In this document: one piece after another, positions 27,477 to 36,680 of the stretch | Numbering within the stretch: the stretch's first letter is position 1 | How the letters are laid out: each line of letters begins with the position of its first letter | Source of the DNA: Promethearchaeota archaeon | GTDB taxonomy: Archaea; Asgardarchaeota; Thorarchaeia; Thorarchaeales; Thorarchaeaceae | Direction of reading: 5' to 3' | NCBI GenBank assembly: GCA_048939765.1 | Contig: JBHLPF010000012.1 | Location: 41,351-78,486, forward strand | DNA length: 37,136 nucleotides | Program-made: the position numbers and the translations under genes | Notes under the pieces: generated by a model | Seen by the model: the letters and a program-made list of their open reading frames with translations, nothing else | Databases searched by the model: none | Told to the model about the DNA's origin: nothing

Positions 27477-27648
27477 GGAGCGAAGCCTACTGGTGGTGAA
27501 CTGCTATCTGATGACACACGCGGTGGTCCAACGACTCCTTTTGACCCGTTTTAAGGTTTATAACAAAAACAATCGTTTCAATTTTTGTGGAATTCCTTAC
27601 GAAAAATGAGGCGGATGGTTCATAAAGAAAGCACTTCTGCGAAGAATC

Positions 27649-28521
27649 ATGTCTGAGGAACTCCGAGATCTTAAGCTATCAGATCATCCAGCAGTAAATG
27701 ATCTATGCATGGGAATATGGGGCGGGCGGGATTATGTGCCCGATAGTTTTCCAAAATGGATTGAAAATGACCTCAATTATCCCATCGGAATCTTTTCTGG
27801 AGATGTCCTTCAGGCAATAGGCAATCTCGAAGTCAAATCTGGCAAGGAATCCGGATGGGTCAAGGGGCTCAGAGTCAGAGAATCCCAGAGAAGAAAAGGT
27901 CTTGCGTCTCGGCTTGTTGATGAGATGATTTTGAGGGCAAAGAAGGAAGGATTGGACTATCTGAGATATGCCACGAGCTCTCGGAATATCGCTTCGATGA
28001 AGGTTGCGGAGAATCTCGGATTCGAGCTTAAGAATGGTGTCTGTTATTTCAGACTGGAACCACCCTTTCCTCCTCACCCAGCTCCTAGTCCTAATATCAT
28101 CCCTCTTTATGTTGGTCACGACCGTCTACACGATATTCTAGCAACTAGTGATTTGATTCCGGGTGACACTTTTGCAGTACGATGGGAGTTTCATAACAAG
28201 GATGTCATCAGCTTGGAATCGATACTCGAAAGCGAGACCGCACACCTGGTCTTTGGAGACAATGGCAAAGCAGAATCCCTCACCTTCTTTTCTAGTTTCG
28301 ATAGAAACGGCCAGCGGACAACCGCCTTTTCGATCTTTTCTACAAATCGATCAATCTTTGTTGACGTCTTATCAAGAGCCTTGGACTATCTTGAATCCAC
28401 GAAAACCGAACGAGCCGCTTTCTTCCTAGGGCCACGAGTTGAGGAATGGGTGGAATTCACTATACCTGTCCCTAAGGAATTCGCGGGACGACGCTTTCTT
28501 CTATATGAAATGAAGGTATAG
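27649..28521 (+). CDS. GNAT-family N-acetyltransferase
   Basis: GLRV...RRKGLAS and N.AS..VAE.LGF. Confidence 0.88.
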   Translation: MSEELRDLKLSDHPAVNDLCMGIWGGRDYVPDSFPKWIENDLNYPIGIFSGDVLQAIGNLEVKSGKESGWVKGLRVRESQRRKGLASRLVDEMILRAKKEGLDYLRYATSSRNIASMKVAENLGFELKNGVCYFRLEPPFPPHPAPSPNIIPLYVGHDRLHDILATSDLIPGDTFAVRWEFHNKDVISLESILESETAHLVFGDNGKAESLTFFSSFDRNGQRTTAFSIFSTNRSIFVDVLSRALDYLESTKTERAAFFLGPRVEEWVEFTIPVPKEFAGRRFLLYEMKV

Positions 28522-28539
28522 AGAAACAAGTGTCAAGAG

Positions 28540-28581
28540 GAGATAGAAAAAGAAAGAAGGGAAGGCTGGTTTCACCAGCCT
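28540..28581 (-). terminator. Hairpin plus U-rich tract terminator
   Basis: AGGCTGGT-TTC-ACCAGCCT (28563-28581) lies just after the stop of 28585..28947, followed on the minus strand by CCTTCTTTCTTTTTCT. Confidence 0.65.
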
Positions 28582-28584
28582 GAA

Positions 28585-28947
28585 TTACCTGTTCTCAAAG
28601 TGTATCTTCGTGCTCGGATTGATGAAATAGAGCAAGACAATAAGGCTCAGAGCTACGCCTGGCCAGTTTGAGCCTGTAGCATAGAGAAAGATTGCAATGA
28701 TGTTGAAAATTACAGTCATCATCCAAGCGGAATAGTCCTGCTTCAGAACCTGAGTGTAAAGCCATATCGCAACCACTGCAAGAATGACACCTAGGAGTGC
28801 TAATTCATCCTCCCAAATTGCGTATTCTATCCCGCCAACAATCAATCCAGTCATAGCTGCGAGCAGGAGTAGGTACCCAGCTTGGGTCACTTCTTTGGGT
28901 CTAGGTCCTGTTGGACCCCCTTCATCAGGCATTGGTATTTCGGTCAT
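28585..28947 (-). CDS. Small membrane protein (about 4 TM)
   Basis: Hydrophobic helices. RP..V motif before TM1 and LYF..P..K.HF at the C-terminus. Confidence 0.75.
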   Translation of the reverse strand: MTEIPMPDEGGPTGPRPKEVTQAGYLLLLAAMTGLIVGGIEYAIWEDELALLGVILAVVAIWLYTQVLKQDYSAWMMTVIFNIIAIFLYATGSNWPGVALSLIVLLYFINPSTKIHFENR

Positions 28948-29000
28948 AGCCAATACGCTTGATTCCGTGACACTTTATTCTTTCGAAACAGCGGACCTGA

Positions 29001-29474
29001 CTAGTCTGAGTCATCCTCGTACTCCTCAAGCACAGACCAATGTGGCGCATATGTGATGGGTTCGAGGTCCCTCTGCTGTAGTTCAATCTCCTCGACTTCC
29101 GCAACTCTCTTCCGCAGAGTGTACGACTTGGCACCTTCCCACCAGAGGTATGCACTGAGGTCCTTCGAGAACTCGCCTTGATACCTCCCACAGGTTCCCC
29201 CACAGAACACCTTATCCTCCCTTATCTCAAGTGTACCCTCACACCACTTGCAGGCCGCCTCTCTACCATGAGCATGAATCCGTCCGTCCACTACTCGCAC
29301 GAGAAGAACAGTGCCATCAAAGTTGCAGACGCCCCACTCTTTCTTCTTAGTGACCGTTTTCTCCCAAATCTCCCCTGTGGGAACTCGGAGCTTATCTGAC
29401 GAGTCCTGTTTCTTCTTCTTGTCCTTGCTGGACTCGTCAAAGTCAGTCAGCCGCGTCTGCACAGTACGCCTCAT
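29001..29474 (-). CDS. Zn-binding hypothetical protein with an N-terminal PIP-box-like motif
   Basis: ATG 29474, QTRLTDF, CNFD, CKWC, CGGTC. Confidence 0.65.
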   Translation of the reverse strand: MRRTVQTRLTDFDESSKDKKKKQDSSDKLRVPTGEIWEKTVTKKKEWGVCNFDGTVLLVRVVDGRIHAHGREAACKWCEGTLEIREDKVFCGGTCGRYQGEFSKDLSAYLWWEGAKSYTLRKRVAEVEEIELQQRDLEPITYAPHWSVLEEYEDDSD

Positions 29475-29521
29475 GATCCATTGTACTGATGTGGCGCTGA
29501 TAAACATGTACCTCTCGATGT

Positions 29522-30487
29522 TTATCCAGAGAGCTCCTCCAAAAGGCCCATCATCCATTCATCGAAGGGCTTATTCTTGGACCAGGTGTCCTCGAAAGGA
29601 GTCATTATGAGTTCGCCATTGACTTCTCCAACCATTCCGCCGTGTTTTCCGCCCAAGAGACATTCAATTGCAAAAGCTCCTAAGCGAGTCGCAAGAATCC
29701 TATCGAAATGAGTTGGATTTCCCCCTCGCTGAATATATCCTAACACTGAGACTCTGCATTTCTCTCCAACCCTCTTAGAAAGCTCTTCGCCAATAACAGT
29801 GGCATTTCCAAGCTCATCGCCCTCGGCAACCACAACAAGGACGCTCGACTTCCCCTTCTCTCTCGCCTCAATCACCTTCTGAGCGAGTTCTTCGATTTTC
29901 GTTGGGGTTTCTGGAATCACAATTGCCGATGCTCCTGTTGCAATACCTACATGAACTGCAATGAATCCATGATGCCGTCCCATTACCTCAGCCAAGAAGA
30001 TTCGAGAGAAGGCTTCTGCTGTATCCCGTATCTTATCCAACGCTTCCAGTGCGTTGTTGACAGCAGTATCAAAGCCAATCGTGTAATCTGACCCATAGAG
30101 ATCGTTATCAATAGTGCCCGGCAGTCCTATCAGTCGACCCTTCCAATGCTTGCTCAATGCCGCCAAACCCCGCATCGTTCCATCGCCTCCGATTGCCACC
30201 AACGCATCCAATCCCCTTTCTTCCAACACAGTTGCGGCTCTCTTCAGACCTTCCTCCGTCTTGAATTCTTCAGACCGGCCAGTGGTTAGCATTGTGCCTC
30301 CACGATGCAGAATTCTTGAAACAGACCTTGAGTTCAGTTCATGTATCTGACTGGTCAGAATTCCATGAAATCCTCCAAATATGCCGTATATCCTACAATT
30401 ACGACTGATACCAACTCTAGTTATGGCCCTGATAGCTGCATTCATTCCAGGACCATCTCCACCACTAGTGAGAACTCCGATTTTCAT
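29522..30487 (-). CDS. pfkA: ATP-dependent 6-phosphofructokinase (PfkA family)
   Basis: LTSGGDGPGMNAAIR, IGGDGT, PGTIDND, EVMGR, LGYIQRGG. Confidence 0.97.
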   Translation of the reverse strand: MKIGVLTSGGDGPGMNAAIRAITRVGISRNCRIYGIFGGFHGILTSQIHELNSRSVSRILHRGGTMLTTGRSEEFKTEEGLKRAATVLEERGLDALVAIGGDGTMRGLAALSKHWKGRLIGLPGTIDNDLYGSDYTIGFDTAVNNALEALDKIRDTAEAFSRIFLAEVMGRHHGFIAVHVGIATGASAIVIPETPTKIEELAQKVIEAREKGKSSVLVVVAEGDELGNATVIGEELSKRVGEKCRVSVLGYIQRGGNPTHFDRILATRLGAFAIECLLGGKHGGMVGEVNGELIMTPFEDTWSKNKPFDEWMMGLLEELSG

Positions 30488-30526
30488 AATTCTTTGATAG
30501 CTTTATGGAGATAAAAAGAATCAGCA

Positions 30527-31006
30527 TTAGGAAACAGAGGCACGTTCTCGGAAGAACATCAGATAGTCTGTCCCTGGCACATCTTTTCCAAGCAGCCTTA
30601 GGGCTGATGCAAGCTGCCCTCTATGATGTGTGGTATGTAGAATGTATTGGATGAAGAAATCCATTGCTTGAATTTCAAATGGCTCATCTGATATATGCGG
30701 GACCTTGATTGTGCCCTGTGGAATTTCTCTAACAACCTCAGTCAGACGAGCATCTAATTCGCTCCACTTGGAAATCATTTCGAGTTTTGAGGCCTGGGCT
30801 ATCCACTTGTAAATACCATCATCCCATTTGTCATCTGCGATATTGAAGCATGTGGCTAACGCCCCAACTATGTGTTCGCATATCGAACGAACGCTTTGCT
30901 GTCCAACTACCTTCTTTGTGAATTCTTTCTCCTTCAGATGTTCAACAACCTCTCGCATCTTGTTTCCAGTCCACATTTGATACTCAGCGAGCTCTTTGAA
31001 GGTCAG
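30527..31006 (-). CDS. DinB/YfiT-family protein (probable CTG start)
   Basis: SVRSICEHI and HTTHHRGQL...LR.LG. GGAGGG lies 6 nt upstream of CTG 31006. Confidence 0.85.
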   Translation of the reverse strand: MTFKELAEYQMWTGNKMREVVEHLKEKEFTKKVVGQQSVRSICEHIVGALATCFNIADDKWDDGIYKWIAQASKLEMISKWSELDARLTEVVREIPQGTIKVPHISDEPFEIQAMDFFIQYILHTTHHRGQLASALRLLGKDVPGTDYLMFFRERASVS

Positions 31007-31130
31007 CCTAATCCCTCCAAAGGGGAATGTGCATAACCTATACACTTCGGGCTTATCTTTCCTTTGCAGTGACTTATTTGATAACATCCAGCACACAATG
31101 AAGCATATTCCGAAAGCGTGGAGATTCTCA

Positions 31131-32090
31131 TCAGACCAATCCTTTGAGTCTGAGAAAGATTAGCAGTGGTGTAGTGATGATGAGGCTCGCCAAGACCACC
31201 ACAACAAATGCAAGCGGATCCTGCTCCAGGGGCAAGTCAACATTCATTCCGTAGATCGAAGCAATGAGCGTAGGAACACTCACCAACAAGGATATGGACG
31301 TGAGAGTCTTCATGACCCTATTCAGATTGTGTCCAACAATGGAATCATACTGATCCATGGCATTTGATATGAGAGTCCTATAGATTGCACTCAATTCCAT
31401 CTGTTGTTGCAGGTCCACCTCTAACTCCTCAAGACGATCTTCGTCAAGAACAAGTCTCCCGAAACTCTGGAGCCTTTTCATTTGACGTAGAACCTTCAGG
31501 TTGGACTTCAATGCAGCTTCCATGTAGATTGCGTCTCTCGAAAGCTGGAAGAAACGGTCCAATTGAGAAGGATAAAGTTCTTTGAGAATCCGGCCTTCCG
31601 TGTCGTGAATGGTTGCTTCAATGATATCAAGCATCGTTTCAAAGCTGTGGATGACAATCTCCCATGTATTGTAAATCACTCCACTTACCGTGGTGGTACG
31701 CCGCAAAACTCCCTTGAGCCGTCTCTTGCGCAGAGGAATTTCTTTATTCTGAACTAGAATGATGTCACGTCCATTGGTGAAGAGACCTATAGGATTCGTG
31801 GAGTATTCTCTATCCTCCCCTTCCAGGTCTACGGGTACTCTCAGCACAACCATGACGAATTTATCTTCAACCTGAAGCCTAGGCCGTTCGTCAAGGTCTT
31901 GAATGTCCTGCAGGTCTTCCAAATCGACCTCGAATTTCACAGATAACTCGGCAAGAATATCAGGCCCGGAATCGACTACTTGAATTAGCAGAGGTTCGTC
32001 TGGTGTGCTCTTTAGGTCCGGGTAATCTATCCCACTCTCCAGTGCCGTTATAGTAAGCCTGCTGGCTTCTTGTTTTTCCGCCGTCGTCAT
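31131..32090 (-). CDS. corA: CorA-family Mg2+ transporter
   Basis: D.DERPR, LNRVMKTLT, PTLIASIYGMNV (GMN motif), two C-terminal TM helices. Start 32090 or 32099. Confidence 0.93.
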   Translation of the reverse strand: MTTAEKQEASRLTITALESGIDYPDLKSTPDEPLLIQVVDSGPDILAELSVKFEVDLEDLQDIQDLDERPRLQVEDKFVMVVLRVPVDLEGEDREYSTNPIGLFTNGRDIILVQNKEIPLRKRRLKGVLRRTTTVSGVIYNTWEIVIHSFETMLDIIEATIHDTEGRILKELYPSQLDRFFQLSRDAIYMEAALKSNLKVLRQMKRLQSFGRLVLDEDRLEELEVDLQQQMELSAIYRTLISNAMDQYDSIVGHNLNRVMKTLTSISLLVSVPTLIASIYGMNVDLPLEQDPLAFVVVVLASLIITTPLLIFLRLKGLV

Positions 32091-32258
32091 CGAGCTCACC
32101 TCTATCCATCTTGTTTAACCTCATTTTCGATGTGTGTGTTACATCTGCGTTGTTCGAGTCTCTTAGAACCAAAGAATGCAATGGGGTATCGCACCCTTAA
32201 GGAGCAACTAAGATTCTCTCGCTATCTCTTTTAGGGTTTTCCGAGAGAGTAGAGAGCG

Positions 32259-33575
32259 CTAGATGACGACGCTCTCCACCTCAACCTTACGATTCTTTTG
32301 GCTTAGAGTGTCTGCTTGTATTCTCTTTCCGCCATACAGCTCGGCTTCGGCTTCACCTCGATAGAGCGCATCAGCAATTCTAGCCATTGCATCAGACTTC
32401 ATAATACCTGAACCACTGGCTCCAGTCAATACTAGCACTCCGCACTCATAATAGACGAAAGGTATTGCATCTGGACTATAGCTGTATCCTCCTGCCCAGC
32501 TCCCAACAGGCCTTGCTCCAACAAAGCCTGGGAAGTATTTGGAAAGGACTGGATAGACGCTGTTTTCATAATAGGCGCTCTCTGGATTATCATAATCCGA
32601 CGTCTGGATGTAGTCATATCTTCTCCCCACCTTGTCACCACATCCTATCCAGAATCCGCGCTCCTGTACTTGTGGTCGGAAGTAGACTCCAGCTGAGGGC
32701 AGAATGGTGAATGGGATTGTGTTCATTTCACTGAATCCCTTGGTGTCAAGTAGTTCCTCCATGCCAGGCTTCCCTTCTGCATGCAGGGCAAAGATATGTC
32801 TCTTCTTGGCTTTCGTTCTGCTATCCATTCCAATTGGATCTAGCAATTCGTTCGTCCACGCACCCGTTGCAAGGACGACAGTTTCGGCTCGAATGATTCC
32901 ATCTTTGGTCTTGACTCCGGTCACTTTCTTCTTCTGCCATACAAATGGCTCTCCAGGAAGGTCGAGCTTGGGATCAGCCTCGAGCAAGAGGCCCTCGACA
33001 TTGACATTGAACCTTGGTTTCACGTCGCTGATCTTCTTGAACTCCTCGAAGTACCACTCAACTAGTCTAGTAGGATCTAACACACCACAATCTGCTCCAA
33101 ACAGGCCAAAGTCGACCTCTTGAAGGTTCATTAGCTCTGCTTCTTCATCATTGGTGAAGTCCACATTTAGACCGGGGATCATCTCTTTGAGTTGTTTCTT
33201 ATCATATACTTTGTAATGGATATTGGACTGCTTCATTTTTCGCATCCAGTTCTGAACGCTTTCATGATTGAACTGGGAATCGCTGAGCAGCCAGAGATAG
33301 CCGCACTTCTCAAAGAGAAGCTCAAATCCAATGTCGTTCTGGACATGTTCAAAGTACTTGATTGATGTGTCAGTCAGCAACTGATTAGTGGAGGACGCAA
33401 ACATGTTTCTTACAGCGGCTGCACTCATAGCCGTATTCGCCTGCCCAGCCATGGGCATTCTGTCCAGAAGGAGGACCTTCTTCTCGGGACTATTCTTCTG
33501 GAGATAGTATGCTGCCGCAACTCCTATGACGCCTGCACCTACAATGACGATATCGAATGATTCCTCAGCTGACAC
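32259..33575 (-). CDS. FAD-dependent oxidoreductase, DAO/sarcosine oxidase beta-like
   Basis: DIVIVGAGVIG, VVLATGAW, WAG.Y..SPD..P, G.SG.GIMK. GTG 33575 follows SD GAGGT. Confidence 0.88.
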   Translation of the reverse strand: MSAEESFDIVIVGAGVIGVAAAYYLQKNSPEKKVLLLDRMPMAGQANTAMSAAAVRNMFASSTNQLLTDTSIKYFEHVQNDIGFELLFEKCGYLWLLSDSQFNHESVQNWMRKMKQSNIHYKVYDKKQLKEMIPGLNVDFTNDEEAELMNLQEVDFGLFGADCGVLDPTRLVEWYFEEFKKISDVKPRFNVNVEGLLLEADPKLDLPGEPFVWQKKKVTGVKTKDGIIRAETVVLATGAWTNELLDPIGMDSRTKAKKRHIFALHAEGKPGMEELLDTKGFSEMNTIPFTILPSAGVYFRPQVQERGFWIGCGDKVGRRYDYIQTSDYDNPESAYYENSVYPVLSKYFPGFVGARPVGSWAGGYSYSPDAIPFVYYECGVLVLTGASGSGIMKSDAMARIADALYRGEAEAELYGGKRIQADTLSQKNRKVEVESVVI

Positions 33576-33638
33576 TTTGGCTACCTCTACATCACAGCCG
33601 CGGTGGTTGTATGCGCGCCTAAAACCTTTTACGCTCAT

Positions 33639-34250
33639 TCATTTGGGAAGATTAAGGATTATTACTTTGATTGCTTCAGCAATGGTGCCTAACGACATCG
33701 TTGCGAGGTTTGGGTTCTCCTTTTCGATTGCCTGCTGCGGAAGGGGCGGAAAGTGAATGAAGGTCGCCAAGAGATTCATCTCGCTGGCGCCAATCCATTC
33801 CATGACTTTGTAGAGTAACCAGTTGCATCCAAAGACTCCTGCATGATAGCTCACAAATGCAGGGATGTCTTCATTCTCGACTGCTTGGACCAAGGGACGA
33901 GGATCCAGATTCGCGAAATAGGCTGGAGGCCCCTGATCAGAGATCAAATCAGTTTCGGGGATATTGCCATAGTTGTCTGCTCTCGTAGTGCTTCTCGCAT
34001 TGACTGCAATTCTTTCAATTGTTATTGCTGGTCTACTTGCTTGACCAGTGCATAGGAGCACATTCGGAGAGTGATTCTCCACTAGTTTCTTCAACAATGC
34101 GAATGCAGTATTGTAGTCTAGGGGGAGAACTTCGCCTACAATCTCGAAGTTGCCAATTCTCTTGCCATCGACAACCTGTGCCAATTCAGCTGAGGGATTG
34201 ACTGAATAACCATCGAAAGGCTCGAATCCAGTGATTAGTGCTTTTGGCAT
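33639..34250 (-). CDS. pcp: Pyroglutamyl-peptidase I
   Basis: LITGFEPF...NPS, IERIAVN, AG.F.CN (catalytic Cys), FIH.P. Confidence 0.95.
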   Translation of the reverse strand: MPKALITGFEPFDGYSVNPSAELAQVVDGKRIGNFEIVGEVLPLDYNTAFALLKKLVENHSPNVLLCTGQASRPAITIERIAVNARSTTRADNYGNIPETDLISDQGPPAYFANLDPRPLVQAVENEDIPAFVSYHAGVFGCNWLLYKVMEWIGASEMNLLATFIHFPPLPQQAIEKENPNLATMSLGTIAEAIKVIILNLPK

Positions 34251-34315
34251 GATGTTCTGTTATTAACATAGCATGCACTTTAGCACTGCGTTTCTAGGAA
34301 CCAGAGCATTGTATT

Positions 34316-34975
34316 CTACAAAATCGAGGACACAATGAACCAAAGACCCAAGAGAATTTGGAATACTCCTATTCCAACACTGACCCAGTTAATCCCACCA
34401 ACCTTCACAGTCTTGGTCGCCTTATCTGACCCGAGGGATAGAAATGCCCCAAAAACGAAATCCGTGGAAATATGGGTGAAATACATCAAAGCGCCTGCAA
34501 GGAAGACGGTGCCAATGCCAACCTGGAGCTCCGCCACCAGCAGCGTCACACTTGAAAGACCTATGGCAAACCACCACAGGAGGAAGTACGGCGAGAGAAG
34601 ACTGACCACTGCTCCTTGAGCAGTTGCCTCTATCATGGTAGATGCCGTGCTCCTTTCCTCATTGTTTGGCAATCGACTCTCATCCTTATGGCGATAGTCC
34701 TTCAGTGCCAGAAACCCAAAGAGAATGACAACAACGCCTCCGAATCCTGCAATCAAGTCTATTGCAAATTGAGTCAATTCAAGGGCTTGAACCCCGACAA
34801 TAATCGCTGCAATGATTCCTAATTCAATGATGGCGTGACCCACCATAGGCATTATCCCATGGAGCTTATCGTGTCGACTTGCCTGCATGACCACAGCTGC
34901 TGATAGTGGTCCTGGTGCAAGGGCTCCTGTCAGAGAGACCATCCACCAGAATGCTAGGATCTCGACGACTCCCAT
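34316..34975 (-). CDS. LysE-family translocator
   Basis: SLTGALAPGPL, GHAI.E, SPYFLLWW, H...D. Confidence 0.88.
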   Translation of the reverse strand: MGVVEILAFWWMVSLTGALAPGPLSAAVVMQASRHDKLHGIMPMVGHAIIELGIIAAIIVGVQALELTQFAIDLIAGFGGVVVILFGFLALKDYRHKDESRLPNNEERSTASTMIEATAQGAVVSLLSPYFLLWWFAIGLSSVTLLVAELQVGIGTVFLAGALMYFTHISTDFVFGAFLSLGSDKATKTVKVGGINWVSVGIGVFQILLGLWFIVSSIL

Positions 34976-35030
34976 ATGTCAACCTCTCTCATTTCAGCGG
35001 TCAATGCCTCAAAAACGTGGTGCTATAGCT

Positions 35031-35057
35031 CTGGATATAGCTCAGGACTATATCCAG
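35031..35057. promoter_or_regulatory. 10-bp inverted repeat between the divergent LysE and DUF389 genes
   Basis: CTGGATATAG-CTCAGGA-CTATATCCAG. Confidence 0.55.
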
Positions 35058-35153
35058 GTGTATCACGTGTATTACAGACATTATACATTCGTTTCTAGAA
35101 AGCCTTAAGAGCTAAGAAGCGGGAACCGAGTGCAATCTCGGAGCTGCACGTAA

Positions 35154-36305
35154 GTGAAACAAGTCCAGATAGTAGTACCCTTCGAGAAGACCGAAGCGGT
35201 TTACGACTTCCTTCTAGATGGTCTCAACGTGAAGAACATTATGAAGTACACGTCAGATAATGCACATCTACTCACCTTTAGAATTCCTGATGATGGTGCA
35301 CTAGAGACCATGGAGAAGCTCAAGTCACGAGGGGTCGGTGTTGAGTTTGGATTCATAGATATTCTCGACTTGAAGGCATCTCTACCAAGGGAGAGTGAGG
35401 AAGTTCGAGAAGGCATTATGCAGAGAGATGCCTCTCTTGCAGTTGAAGAGATCTATGAGAATGTGAAGTCTCAATCTTCTTTGAGCTTCGACTTCCTTGC
35501 CTTCACAATCTTCGCCGCAGCAATGGCTGGATTCGGTCTCATTATGAACAACGTGACGATAATTGTTGCTTCGATGCTGCTAAGCCCGCTGATGGGGCCA
35601 ATGCTAGCTGTTGCCTTGGGCTATGTGGTGCAGGATCGCAATCTGTTTGTTAAGGGAACAGTGAATGAACTCATCTCCTTGGGTCTCTCTCTTGCGGTCG
35701 GAGTTGTTCTTGCCATAATCATCGCTGTTGCAAGTCCGACTTACATGGCAGTTGTAGAGCATGATGTTGCTTCCGAAGTTTATACGGAGATCACTAGACG
35801 CGGTGGACTACCTACCCTTCTCTTTCCTTTCTCATCATGGGATGTTGGTGTAGCTATCTTCTCCGGTGCTGCAGTCGCGATATCGGTTACTAGAGGCGAC
35901 ATGTCTTCACTTGTCGGTGTTGCCATTTCAGCTGCGCTCATGCCGCCTGCAGTAAATGCATCCCTAATGGTTGTACTAGGCGCTCTCACAGGTTCCTCAG
36001 TTGGTGTATCAATTGGCGTGAATTCAATCCTTTTGCTTGGAATGAATATAATCCTCATCGACGTATTTGCAATTGTGATGTTCAGAATCAAGAGACTAAC
36101 TCCTATGGCTGATAAATCAGCAACATGGAGGGCTGTGACAGAGTTTAGACAGACTCGCTCTGGGAGCCTTTATCATATTGCAAATGAGGGGTCCGCCACA
36201 AAGGCAGACGCGCCGAACTCAGCAGCAACTTTCACGCCGGCCCCGACATCTACACCAACACGGGCAACTGATAGACCAGATAAATCAGATGAACCTGGAG
36301 ACTAG
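35154..36305 (+). CDS. DUF389 / TIGR00341-family membrane protein
   Basis: IIVASMLLSPLMGP, EI..R, LVGVAISAALMPP. Confidence 0.9.
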   Translation: MKQVQIVVPFEKTEAVYDFLLDGLNVKNIMKYTSDNAHLLTFRIPDDGALETMEKLKSRGVGVEFGFIDILDLKASLPRESEEVREGIMQRDASLAVEEIYENVKSQSSLSFDFLAFTIFAAAMAGFGLIMNNVTIIVASMLLSPLMGPMLAVALGYVVQDRNLFVKGTVNELISLGLSLAVGVVLAIIIAVASPTYMAVVEHDVASEVYTEITRRGGLPTLLFPFSSWDVGVAIFSGAAVAISVTRGDMSSLVGVAISAALMPPAVNASLMVVLGALTGSSVGVSIGVNSILLLGMNIILIDVFAIVMFRIKRLTPMADKSATWRAVTEFRQTRSGSLYHIANEGSATKADAPNSAATFTPAPTSTPTRATDRPDKSDEPGD

Positions 36306-36387
36306 GGAGAGAAAATACCCAGCTGGTAATACTCGCTTTCTTAGAATTCTTACCTAGGTTAACACTTGATTGGAGTCCTGATTAGAG

Positions 36388-36660
36388 ATGGGTGCGCCTA
36401 AGGGAACGAAAAACAAGCTATTCAAGGGTCTGACCGAGCACGATGTTCTCACATTTGAAGAGGAGAAGATGCGCTTCCAACGAAGAATGGGGAGAAAAGT
36501 CACAGACCTTGAGTTCTTGAGACATTTGTTGATGTCTGCGTCTCGTCCACTAATATCTGTAAAAGAGGGGTTGTCCGAGGGATATCTTGCTGGGAGCCGT
36601 CCCATCTATGATAAGAGCGATACTGTTCTTTCACGTTACAGAGAGCAAGCTAAAGACTAA
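36388..36660 (+). CDS. Small basic protein, possible RHH-like DNA-binding protein
   Basis: 90-aa ORF with strand-helix-helix pattern ...MGRKVTDLEFLRHLL. Confidence 0.55.
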   Translation: MGAPKGTKNKLFKGLTEHDVLTFEEEKMRFQRRMGRKVTDLEFLRHLLMSASRPLISVKEGLSEGYLAGSRPIYDKSDTVLSRYREQAKD

Positions 36661-36680
36661 TTCAACTAGTGATACGAAAC

